Source of the DNA: Dicyema japonicum
Taxonomy: Eukaryota > Animalia > Dicyemida
Reading direction: 5' to 3'
Length of the DNA stretch: 64,000 nucleotides
NCBI GenBank assembly: GCA_011109175.1
Contig: RDEW01000005.1
Coordinates: 616,335 to 680,334 of the forward strand
The notes beneath the pieces were generated by a model. The model ran no database searches, had not been told where the DNA came from, and worked only from the letters and a program-made list of their open reading frames with translations. Made by a program: the position numbers and the translations under genes. Position 1 is the first letter of the stretch; each line of letters starts with the position of its first letter. This document shows, piece by piece, positions 23,623 to 35,085 of this stretch.

Positions 23623-23914
23623 AGGGAGACTGTGTTGTGAAAACTTCAAATACTGATTTCGCCTGTGCCGACTCTAAGGATCCCCACTGTCGCCTTGAAT
23701 ATTCAACCTGTTTTTATATCCCTAATGTCTATGACCCATATGGGCTAGTCCTTGCTTATGTAGATTATGTTGTTATCACTACTAGGAATTGGTCATTATT
23801 TTCTCAATCACTTCCAAACTTCTTCCACCAAGTTTAGTGAAGTTTTGAAAGTTTTCGGGCATAAAGTTAGTTTTCTCTGTCCCCTTTGCGATTTCGAAAA
23901 TTTTAAAGATAAAG

Positions 23915-24070
23915 GCCAGAAAGAAAAGGGATCAACGAGAAGGGTTATGGCTAAGACAAAAGATTGGAATAGCCATACTCCGAGGGAACTCGTTCGCAAT
24001 CCACGCAGCAGGCTTCCTCAACTGACATTTGTTTAATTGTTAAAAAAATATTTTAAATATAATAAAAAAA
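23915..24070 (+). mobile_element. Very short, young CRE-clade 3' end, almost identical to 62274-62410
   Basis: About 140 nt match with one visible mismatch; A-rich tail; candidate TSD TAAAGATAAA at 23904-23913 and 24079-24088. Confidence 0.8.
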
Positions 24071-24179
24071 TACACGTGTAAAGATAAATTAAAATATATT
24101 TTTAACCTTACTTAAGGAAGTAAATATAACATCATTTCGAATCTGTCTGAATAGGTGGAAATGTTTATAAGCTCTAAAA

Positions 24180-24913
24180 CAGGGGTGTCAAACATGCGGT
24201 CCGCGAGCCTCATGCCTAACAGTAATGTTTAGTGGAGTTCGTTAAATGGAACGATACCGTGCAGTTCGATTTAATGGCTATGAGACAAAATGAATTTTTC
24301 CAAGTATGAAGGACAACTGGACTTGTTGTTAAAGGAATTTCACAAAAGATTTAATGATTTCTCGTCTTTTGAATAAGAATTTTCATTATTCACAGCACCA
24401 TTCGCTTTTAATGCTTCCAATGCAGATAAAAGTTTACAAATGGAATTGTTGGAAATCCAATCGGATTCTATACTAAAGGCTAAATATTTGGAGGTTGGAA
24501 TACCTGCTTTCTTTTCACATCTTCCTGAAAAATTTCAAAGCTTTAAAAATTTTGCTACGAAAATAATTGCTATGTTTGGTTCGACATATGTGTGAACATC
24601 TTTTTTCATTTATGAAATTAACAAAAACTGTTCATAGAACAAGACTCACTGATGAAATTTATCGGCTTTAATAAAAGTCGGGACTACACGAATAGTTGAG
24701 TCCGACATATCAAAAATTGAATCCGAAAAAAGATGTCAATCTTCGGGAAGTTGCTTTAAGCACGATGGTGATTACATATTTAGTTTTCCCTTATTTTTGG
24801 TTTTTCATTAAAATAAATAATCTTTCCTTGATGAAAAATTATTATAAATACGGCCCTCAAAGGAAATTATTATAAAATGCGGCCCTCGAAGCTATATGAG
24901 TTTGACACCCCTG
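24180..24913 (+). mobile_element. Internally deleted hAT transposon (Buster/Charlie/SPIN, GTF2IRD2-like), 734 bp
   Basis: TIRs CAGGGGTGTCAAAC / GTTTGACACCCCTG; perfect 8-bp TSD CTCTAAAA (24172-24179, 24914-24921); transposase remnant LQMELLEIQSD...KIIAMFGSTYVCE. Confidence 0.95.
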
Positions 24914-24952
24914 CTCTAAAATTTTCGGAAATGCTCTAAAAGTTGATGTAAT

Positions 24953-25920
24953 TATTATTATTAGCACTTTCACAAGAGCCAGAATATTTATAGCCCCGCA
25001 TGTGCAGGAAAAAATATAAGAGAACTAATAGTTAGGTTGCTCCAAGCTCTTCTGTTCTTTGCTAGGTCCCTCAGTGAGTCCAGATCGTCACCAGATGCCA
25101 ATTTTCTTCACGGCTTTCAGATCGTTTTGTAGAACGACCGGGTGAGTAGTTCTCGGTCTTCCACGAAAGCGTTTTACATTGGAGTAGTAGTAATCTTCCA
25201 TTGCGATATTCGGGGGTATATCGGGTCCAACCTCAGAACGTGTCCAAAAAGTCTCTAACGAGACCTAATGATCTCGAGACTTAATTATGTACAGTCACAC
25301 TTATTGACAGTCTTTTCTACGAGATCTTCGATGGCCAGGACATTCCAGTTTTGTTTCTTAGATGATTCCTGTGAACGAGTCTAGCCTCTCCAATTCCTTT
25401 ATTGAGGCGCCCCAGGTCCCAGAGTTGTATAAGAGGATTGGTTCGATAAAGTTGTCGTATAACATTATCCTTTGTTTTATGTTATTCCCTTTCCGTTTTA
25501 GCCATAGATTTTTCAGCCTGTGTAATGCCGCGTTTGCCATGGTTTTTCTCCGTATGATATCTTCACTATCTCCTAATAGTGAGTCAAGTTTCTTTGTGTG
25601 TCTCCAATTCTCTTCGAGTGAGTTATTCATTCGTCTTATTTCTGTCTTCTGTTTTTTCCCTGTTCACGGTGAGAAACCATTTCACATGTATATCTGGTGT
25701 TTTTTCTAGCACATGTTCCAGGAGTTCTTTGTCTTCACAGATTAGGTCGACATCATCAGCATAAATCACTTCTATTTTTCCTTGGTATAATGGTCTCAGT
25801 TCCCTCATAGCGGCCTCCAAATATATTGTGAATAGTAGCGGAGAGGGAGTCTCCTTGAGGAGTGCCTGTGTTTGTTTCAAATTTTCTTGAGTAGTTTTTT
25901 CCAACTCTCACTCGGAGCTC
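24953..25920 (-). mobile_element. RTE-clade LINE 3' part: RT C-terminus, 3' UTR and (TAA)n tail
   Basis: SPLLFTIYLEAAMREL, YADD, IEPILLYNSGTWG...LDSFTG. Ends cctgcacatgcggggctataaatattctggctcttgtgaaagtgctaataataataa. Confidence 0.9.
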
Positions 25921-26609
25921 TGTGTTAACAAAAAGATTTGGATCATTCTTAAACTCGATTCGTCAATAAACCGTTGCAGCACTGTCATCAATTTGTTCCT
26001 GTTAACCGAGTCAAAAAGTAGATGTGAATCACAATAATAGCTAAAATCCGTTAGATTTATACTTTACTATATAGCCACGTGTATTGAAAATACACGTATA
26101 CTCTTCCCTGATGTCAATTAATTTATGTTTGTGGGGTTTTTATAAGCATTTCTTTAAAAAGTGTCGTGGAAAGTTGGAATTTGGTACAAATTTGTGATTG
26201 GTGATTTTTGCGAGAAGTATGTATGCTCTCTTATGCGTAGAATTTATGTGGAGATAACAAATCAGATTTATGATCACGCATTCAGAGAGATCTTAGAGAC
26301 CATTGCTTTGTTTGGTTCACTTCTGTTATGATGAAACCTCACCATGGTGATTTTTTTAAATAAAATTTTATAATATTAATAGAACAAAATAATTAAAATA
26401 TTATATTTTCACTAAAAATAGAATTTTTTTAAATATGCTAAAAATTTGTAAACTAATCGCCAAAAGGGGTATTATAAAAAAAGCCGCGTTGCGCATTGTG
26501 TTGCTACATTGAAGTCTTTTTCTGTAACAGTGGAAACTAGATAAACTTAACTAGATGTTTACTGTTAACTTCCGTCACGTGTCCGGGGTTAATAAATTAA
26601 ATTAAAAAG

Positions 26610-26810
26610 GGACATGCCTCTGCGCTATCAGAGACTCCATAACTTCAATTCATTCGTTCGTATGCTGGCTTTTACACACCCCATAGTAGCTGATTCAGAT
26701 ACCTCCGAATCTGTAAGGAAGATGCAATCGTGCTTCGCCTGTCCATACAACCGTACAACCAACCTGCAAATACCAGCAACACAAGATAGACAGTGTGAAA
26801 TCCTCAGATA
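26610..26810 (-). mobile_element. Possible R4-like RT fragment
   Basis: Only ARLHLPYRFGG, resembling the RLYLPR..GGRG motif; short and degraded. Confidence 0.3.
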
Positions 26811-27112
26811 GACATTAGGTGAATATGAAGGTGTTAATAGTGATATATTAAACTGGCACCTTTTTACATTTGTTCACTCACGTGGTATATAAAAATATAT
26901 AACTATCTATCAAACCATATTTCACACGTTGTTTAGGTTCATCGTTTATTGGAGGTAAAGAGTAGAATGAAACTAATCCACGCGGTCTCGATTTATCATT
27001 GATTGAAACATAAGTATATTAATACTAAACCCGCAATTATATAAGCATTACAATGTTATCAGGCAAAAAATTACAAATAAGTGATCTTTAAATTTATTAT
27101 ACCACGTGGCCT

Positions 27113-27450
27113 TTTTTGGTTGAGCTGGTGACGTGGCTCTTGATCTCAATGTCTGGAAAACACAGTTCAATAGAGACTTTTCGGTCATATTCTGCGACTG
27201 GACCTAGATGCCCCCGCGAACGTAGCCATGGAGGATTACTTCATGTTGGAGGCCCCCGTTTCCGTGGTCGCCCAAGGACGACACTGGCAGTCGTTCTCGA
27301 CGAGGACCTCAAAGAAATGGGACGGCATCTTGCAAGAGGTTGCGCTTGAATAGGAGGAAGTGGATGAAACTAACCAGTGATTTGCTAACTCGTGTTGCAC
27401 ATGCTTTGTCAAGTCCTATGACATAGCGATAAGTGCTTATAATAATAATA
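27113..27450 (+). mobile_element. 5'-truncated RTE LINE with (TAA)n tail and 14-bp TSD ATACCACGTGGCCT
   Basis: FGHILRLDLDAPANVAMEDYF and RGRPRTTLAVVLDEDLK. TSD at 27099-27112 and 27451-27464. Confidence 0.9.
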
Positions 27451-28039
27451 ATACCACGTGGCCTCTATTATAATCTACTTTGAGTTACATTTAGAGTAAT
27501 TTGACCTATTTATTATTATTATTAGGTGTCTCTATCGGGCCGTGTTGTTTTGCATCTGCTCGTAGGTCTTTTATGTAGTCCGCACATATAAGTTATCTTC
27601 CAATCCCACTATGATCCTTATATGAGCCAAAGAAAGATCAACTATATTGTCTTTGATTTCACATGGTGCCTTAGTTCGAAATTTTGTTTTACATTGGTAG
27701 AGACTTTGATGTAATTGAAGACTGTTATTATATCTTTGAGTTACCCACGTGGTATTCACATTGATAGAAACTTTAAGATAAGTGACGACTAGACTAATGA
27801 TTCCTTAAAGCTACCCACGTGGTACGATAGTGGAGACTTAAACTAGCCTTCAAATTTAAAAGAGCTACTTCCCGATAGTCCTTTCTGTGGAGAACGTGCA
27901 GAAAATAGTTAAGGGTCAAAAGTCGACTTATTCCTGCGGTCCGGACGGAATCCCTGCAATAGTTCTGAAAAACATAGGCCCTCACCAAAATTTTCAACTT
28001 TTCAATCAATGAAAATTGTATACCTTCCATATGGAAGCT

Positions 28040-29115
28040 ATCGAACATATAACCAATTCTGAAACCCAGGCGACAAAGGGATCACCAGCCTCATACAGAC
28101 CAATATCTCTCCTATGTGTTGCATCAAAAAATTTGGAAAAGCTTATTCTTGAACTAATCAAACCATACCTTCCTGATGCACCTTTTCAACACGGATTCAG
28201 AAAAGGGCACTCCACAGAAACGCATCTTACATGCCTCACACCCAAGAAAGCTATTGATAGGGAAGATCTCTACATCAAAAATCCGAAACAACCTGAAAAT
28301 CTGGATTGCTAATATTTTAAATGGAAAAAGAGGAAGAGTAACTTCTGGAAAAAAATAGGTCAGTGACCAAGTTCCTTCCAAATGGGGTCCCTCAAGGACT
28401 CCACTGTCACCACACTTGTTCAACCTATTCCTAATTGATATGCCCTTCCTTACCAGTGACGATACTCTGGTTCTGACATATGCGGGTGATATAATCGTCG
28501 CAGTCAAAGTGCGTTAATACTGCTGTTTACCGGATACAAGCTTCATTGGACGATCTGAACTGTTGGCTCGTTAAGAAACATTCTACATACAAGTCCCGAA
28601 AAGTTTTATACAACAATTTTCACAACAAACAGAAGATTGACAAACTCCGCTCCATGTGTAACCAATGAAAACTCAATCCCCACGACCAACTCGGTCAAGT
28701 ACTGGGCGTAACATACGACCCACTCTTGACCTTCAATAAACACATCGACAACGTTATCTCCTCGGCACAACAAAACTTAAAATTTTGTAAAAACACTCCT
28801 TGGACAATATAAGGGATGTTTCAACCCAAATTTGGACTCGCTCCACGTGCAGTATATTCAACGTCTCTAACTTACGGTGTGCTGCATGGGGAACCACCTA
28901 TCAAACAGGAATATAGAAAAAATCAATACCTTCAAAAAAAACCGGAGCCTTACTACCCTCCAAAAAAGTTAGAAACCCCCGCCCAATCAGGAAATGCGTT
29001 GGAACCCGAGAGGAACACCTTGCAAGAATGGGATGGCTATTCGAGGCGGCCGGAATCACCTGACGCTATGTAGTTATTTAATTTGTCGGTAATTATTGGT
29101 TTAATAAATAAATAA
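28040..29115 (+). mobile_element. I/Ingi-like LINE RT and 3' end, degraded
   Basis: SYRPISLLCVASKNLEKLIL...QHGFRKGHST, GVPQG, LGVTYDPLLTFNKHID, C-terminus RKCVGTREEHLARMGWLFEAAGIT*, and a taataaataaaa tail. Confidence 0.85.
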
Positions 29116-29226
29116 AAACTGTCAAAAAGTGAAACCGCAAATAATTCTTGATTAGATAAATAAAATGGGAGTCGATAATCATAAAGTATCCCTATTTTGT
29201 CGAATTGTCTTCAACTGCTGATCAAT

Positions 29227-30060
29227 CTAAGAATTAATCATTAATGACACCAAATCGAAGTCATTCGCAGAATAAGACGTCGAATTGGCGATATTTTGAG
29301 TTTTGCTAGGCTTTTCGCTTACTTTGGGTTGTTGGCTGTCTGAAATGAGGAGGAAGACAAACCAAAACAGCTCATAATTTCATCCACCGTCGATTTGGGC
29401 ATCTCGACTTTCGAGCACGTGGGTACTTTTATTTCTTCAAAGTCAATCATATCTGCGATTATTGCGACACCTTACTCAGATTTCCTTCCAAAAGTTGGTC
29501 AAGAATCTCCGATGATGACTTTAAAGAAACTGGAGCATCAAAGTCGATCAAATTCTTTTCAGATACCACAGTTTTCTCCACAACAGGTTCATAGGAAGCC
29601 AAAACTGGAGGACATCCTCTGACATACTTCCTCAATTCGTATTTATCGCGAATGAATTTCGTCAGTTCAGTAAAAGTTAAGGAATATAGAATTATTAAAA
29701 TTTAATAAAAAGGATATTTCAACTCACGTGGCCTTTTGAAGTCATCAGGAAGTCCTGCTTCGTAAAAATCCCTGGCCTTTTTGTTTCCAATAGTTTTCAT
29801 ATTCTAGGCTGGACTGATTGATGTACCTTGAACTGCTGTTCAGTCCACTCGTCGAGGGAGATCGACTTGACACGAGATATGGAGACCCCCATCTGTCTGT
29901 GGGCGGAGGCACACTTCATGCAGATGAAAATTCCCAGACTATATGACGTCCATGTGGGTCCTACATATTAATTTCCCAGCATTCCTTTGGCCTTGCATTC
30001 CGCACAGTGAAAATTTTCCCCAATCGTGCTTAATTTATGCAATTGTTTGGCAATATCCAT
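29227..30060 (-). CDS. SMAP1: SMAP1/2-type ArfGAP; 5 introns (GA-AG 24 nt, GT-AG 23, AT-AC 48, GT-AG 23, GT-AG 23)
   Basis: Spliced ORF MDIAKQLHKLSTIGENFHCAECKAKGPTWTSYSLGIFICMKCASAHRQMGVSISRVKSISLDEWTEQQFKNMKTIGNKKARDFYEAGLPDDFKRPRELNELTKFIRDKYELRKY...NLIDFDAP...DFDLVSLMINS*. It has the ArfGAP CxxC-x16-CxxC-x4-R zinc finger and FIRDKYE, and is uninterrupted once the five introns are removed. Confidence 0.9.
29670..29717 (-). other. U12-type (minor) AT-AC intron
   Basis: 5' ATATCCTTT, branch site TTCCTTAAC (29684-29676), 3' ...TTTTAC. No AG acceptor is available, and removal restores the frame (RPRELN|ELTKFIRDKYE). Confidence 0.85.
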
Positions 30061-31390
30061 TTTTGTCTGAAAAGGCAATTAAACTGCTGTATTATGTAAA
30101 TTGGAATTAATATTAGTTTAAATTTATTATTAAAATTATTTTTATTTTTAAATAAATAATAATATAATTTATGATATCAATTTGATATTTAGTGACAAAA
30201 AAACATCAATGTGTTTGTAGAAACTAAGAGTCTTGCCCATTAACTTCGTGCATTCTGTTATGCCTGATTCGTGTTTGTGTGGGCTAGTTTGGCCTAGATG
30301 GGGTCTCTTCTGGAGCGCTTTGGGATCACGCGAATAGTTAGTTATGTGTTACTGTGGTCTTTGGAATTTTCATTCATTGTGTTACTAAAATAGTTTTTTC
30401 CTTTGATACACCATCTGGCATTACTGAGGCTAACAGATGGTGGCCAAATTTATAGCAATTATTTCATCCTCGGCTAAATTTGAATAAATTTAAGGTGGAT
30501 ATTCGGTCGTTACATCCGCTTCATATAAATTCCGCAATTCATCGCGTTCGTTTTTCACGGAAATTTGCAACCGGTTAAAGGTTTCAAAAGCTTGTTTCAC
30601 TGATATTCATTGACCAAACTGAACATAGGCATAAACTTCTCCCAGAGTAATTGGTTTTGTGGAACTGTACTACAAATAACGGAGAATATTGTAATCTTTA
30701 GTAAAAGTGTGTGATGAATCTAGTTTGCTGAAAAAAGTTAATAAATTGAGGTTATCAAGTAGAACAGCAATTCGGCCTACATAATACTTTCACCAAAATG
30801 TCCTTCGACTACAATGTGAAGGGAACAGAATAGGAGACACTATAACAAATGTAACTGCAATAACTTATATGTGAATACAGAACGACTGGAATTTGATGTT
30901 CTATAGACTTTATTAGAGAAAAAGCAAAGTTATTAGAGTTATCTTAAAATCATACAGATACTCAAAATCTACAAGAATTATCTCATTTTGATCGTAACCA
31001 TTTATAGATTTAAATAGGGGGATTAAGATAAGGTTGACTTTTTCGACATTTCGAATAATTCCACCGATTATTGCTGCTCTCTGAGACTATTGGCTTAGTT
31101 TGCCCAAAATCCAACAAATATTAATATTTACTGTTTTCAAGGATCAGACCGTAGGGAAGGGCCATCGTCAGCCCGATTGCATTGTGTTAATCGCATTTAA
31201 GGTGACTTTTAATCGGAGATTTATTCTGTTATGGCTGGGACTCACTCTTCCACTCTTTCAATCTGCATATAGGTTAATCCAGGTTTATTTTCCGCTGACA
31301 ATAACAATAGAGCATTAGAGCTATTCACCAGTCAACCTGCCTGACTTACTAACCACCAGTTTTAGCCATTTAATGTCGAGGTTAAATTTA

Positions 31391-31713
31391 AATAATAATA
31401 AAGCCTTTTCACGAGCGCCATAGTATTTATAGCTCCGCATAGGCAGGACACACACTTTATTTAATTAAAGAACAGTTAATTTTAACTAATCGTAGAACCA
31501 AGGAATGATCTTCACTTCTTTTTTTTTCTTTTTCTTGTGTGAGTGTCCTTTCTAGACAATCCAGTTCCGCAGTGAGTATCCACTGATGACGGCGTCACTC
31601 GTCAAACCCTTTCTGCATCGTAGATGCGTGGAACCTTCCACCAGGTAAACATCGAGATTTGAACCCGTAGCCTAAGCCACTTAAGCCCGACAACTAACCA
31701 CTATGCCACCGGC
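31391..31713 (-). mobile_element. tRNA-derived SINE (family B) with RTE-type 3' tail
   Basis: Near-identical to 49866-50187; A-box/B-box head; (TTA)n tail; empty paralogous site at ~16435. Confidence 0.9.
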
Positions 31714-33629
31714 TTAATTTAATTTTTAATAAAAAATAAGTTAAATTATTATTTTTACTTAATATTTTTACTTTGGAAAAACTAAAAATAAATTTTATAT
31801 ATTTGACATAAATGACAGTTTTCTATGTCAATGTTATGTTCCCAAAAATTTTCCTTTGTGACAACGTCAAAGCAGAATAGCCATACGAATCAGTTCTTAG
31901 TTCCATAACTTCAAATATAACTGTCCATCGTTTGATGGGCTGATACTTAGTTCCTCAAACTGAAGGCGGAAATTGAACCAATATTTATCCCTCAAAATTG
32001 TAAGTAGGACTTATTGAACAGGAATCAATTTGAGGATCGTTTTATCTGCCAAATCTCAAATCTATAATTCCCGGATATTAATGAATGTGAGTTGTGCCAG
32101 AACTGAAGTGTGTCTATATTTTGGTTTTGTCGTAATCTGAATAAATCATATTTACAAGTATTGTGGGAGTTACGAATATATTTCATTATTCATACAATGT
32201 TGGCGACTTGGAGATAAATCCATCTGATTTTTGTATTTCTCAGTAAATGTCCTAGGAACTTTCTGAAAATTTATATTATTGTTCATCAAAGTAATTTCCA
32301 TGCAAAATCCAACTTCGAAACGACGGTGACCCACAGTGTTCCCAAATACGGTCCAAAGAGTTCTGTAAACTTATGCTCATTTTTTATTTTGTCATTGAAA
32401 AACTTGAGATAATATTTTTGAATTTCCTTTATTTAAACGGAAAATGAATATATTTGAGTTGGGAAGACTTTTTGTGAAATTTGTATATTCCATTCCTTCT
32501 CCTCCCCAATTCTCCAGTCCCCGTTTTTATATTCACCTTCGACAGTCTATTATCAGGATGAATGAACTCTTTTTAAACCGAGAAAGTCAGAGATTCTCTA
32601 TGAAGCAATTGTCACCTAAATTTTCAATTTCAATCTCTCCTCCATAACCTGAAAGACTCCTTTTGATGTTCCATAACCGTTCTCTCCTCTTTTGACCTTA
32701 TAACAAATATTGGGGTTGAGACCATCATCCCCCCCCCCCGTTTGTCTTAATTCCCCATAATTTGCCCCTTATATCGAGATGAAGAGCTAAAATAACGAAA
32801 ACTGAGAGGAAGGTGACCAATTACTCGACATAATCAGAGACCCTTTATCTCTCAAAGGGAAAGCTACTGGTGCCAATTCTAGTCCTTAGTCTTCCTCACT
32901 GATCAATCACCACGTCCTTACCAAACTAATCTCCCAGCTTGTATAATACAGAAATGAACTCCTGACTTTATTCTTAACACGTGCAATCACCAATAATATT
33001 AATTTATAATTTTCCAACTTTAAAATGATTTGCTTTGTTAATGTAGGCCAAATTGATTACGGTCAGAGTGTGACATATCTTTCACAGCATCACATCGTTT
33101 CAAAGTGTCTGCCATTATAAGAACCCTTCTTTTGGAGGAGGGATAAGAGGGTTCCTTTATGGATGCCGGCCTGGCATTGGGAGTCTCCTGGTAAATCGAA
33201 TGACGCTTCTAGGAATTGAAGAAGACAAGAGAGGTAATCTTTTGACCAAATAGGTGATGAGGAAACTGAACAGGAAGTGTAGTATCCTTATCGGGCCTCG
33301 GTTCTAATCTCGTCCAATTGAAAGAACTCCCAAGAAGCAAAGAATTCTTCCATGGAGTTTTAAAGTTTCCTTAGGTCTGAGAATACCTTGACAAAATACA
33401 CGCACTTGCAGCAGAGAGAAATAAAAGAGACTGACCTATATCTCCCAAATTTAAGGTCATTTAACTAATTTTCACTTATATATTGTTAGTTATCATCACC
33501 CACGTGGGCAGTTGTCTTTAATCGGATATGATCCAGCTTTATTGAGCTTTTGCTCCCATTAGGCATATTGGAATCAACTCAGAGAACAGAAAAGCCAATT
33601 GAGTTAGAAAGGTCGAGGTTAATTGTGAT

Positions 33630-35085
33630 AAGTAAGCCGATTTTTATTTTGACTTTATAAATCGGATTTTTTGACCTAAAAATTGACTTTATTGACATAA
33701 AATTTCAAAATTTTGACTCTTTTTGACTTTATAATAAATTTATCTACAAAAATATTTTTAATATAAAAAACTAATCAAAATCTTTATTAAAATACAGAAC
33801 AATGTATTTCAGAAAAATGTAATTCAAAACGTTTTCGGGTTTAAACTTTCGGTTTTTAGGTTGTAATTTTTTCAATAAAAAACGTATCTCTACTCGTCAC
33901 CGAAATGCAATTTCTGAATGTCTTCAACAGCGTATCGATCTATCGCAAAATCCCTTAACACATTGTCAATTATCTGACAGATAATTGAAGAGTTAGCCGC
34001 AGAAGACAATGGGACAAGATATTAAAAATATTTTCTTGGGATCAGAAATTCTTCCAATAAGTGTATTGACATATTTCTGTCCCCGTATATCAGTTTCGTC
34101 AATCAAAAAAAATTTTTTCAGACTTTAAAGAAATGACAATAAAACCTCAAAAATAGCTTATTTCTGTCAAGCTGCTTCTGGCATTAATTTCCTTCACTTT
34201 TTCGGCAAGCGTAAGTAGAAGGAAGATTATTCCAATACCCTCAAACAAGTCTCGTAAGCTTTTACTGTTCAACTTATGCGGGGGAATATCGGATTCGACA
34301 AAACCCTTAGTGACTTATCGACCCATGTGTTGGATTATGGGACGAGAAAATCAATGGGTTTTATTGACACCTGTTATGTTATGTTATCCAATTAAGCCGA
34401 GTCCGACCCTTGGAGATCTCATGAACGAGTTTCCTCCACTTTCCCCGATCCGTCGCAATTTTGAGTAGTCTTGATATAGGCATTCCCGTGACGTCCTCCA
34501 CCGTGGATAGCCACCGAGTCCTCGGTCGACCAGGTCTTCTCAAACCAGTAATATTGCTCAGCATAATGGTTCTTTCCAGGGAGTCAGAGCGGACAACATG
34601 CCCAAAGAACGCCAATCTGTGTTTTACGATTCTTCCTTCTAGCGAAATGTCCGTCTCCAGTAAAATAGTAATGAAAATAATAAACCTGCTAATTTGATAT
34701 GCTTCTTAGACGATTATACGATTCAATAAAAAATGCTTTTTGCAGTTATAAATGACCCACACAACCTTCAAAACAGATTTCCTCGTGAGTATAGAAAAAT
34801 CATCAGAATATTTTCTAACAACTGACTTAATCTCTTCAGTGTCATTCTTGATTGAACGCAGCATCACAGTAATGATGATAATTGATTCCACGCTAGTATT
34901 TTATTTAAAAACTCGAAAATTGAAAAAAATCAAAAATCAAAATCAATAAAAAATTTGACTTTAGTGACCTAAAAAAATTAAATTTTGACCATAATTTTTT
35001 TGATTAAAAACTACATTTTTATAAGTTTTAAACAATTTTAAAGAACATATCAATTTTTGACTTTATTGACAAAAATCGGCTACTG
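33630..35085 (-). mobile_element. Degraded hAT-like transposon (CGGBP1/DUF659-type transposase) with an RTE insertion
   Basis: Imperfect TIRs (agtaagccgattttt / aaaaatcggctact), TTGAC-rich subterminal repeats, and remnant VTKGFVESDIPPHKLNSKSLRDLF...IFLIDETDIRGQKYVNTLIG...NSSIICQIIDNVL. No TSD preserved. Confidence 0.65.
34372..34675 (-). mobile_element. RTE (BovB-like) LINE 3' end
   Basis: LAFFGHVVRSDSLERTIMLSNITGLRRPGRPRTRWLSTVEDVTG...DRGKWRKLVHEISKGRTRLN. Confidence 0.85.

Noticed and set aside
30400-30720. Stop-codon reassignment (a TGA shared by both paralogues within a protein-like frame)
   Set aside because: Intact genes use TGG for Trp and end in TAA/TAG with no internal stops. A shared stop is explained by decay before duplication.
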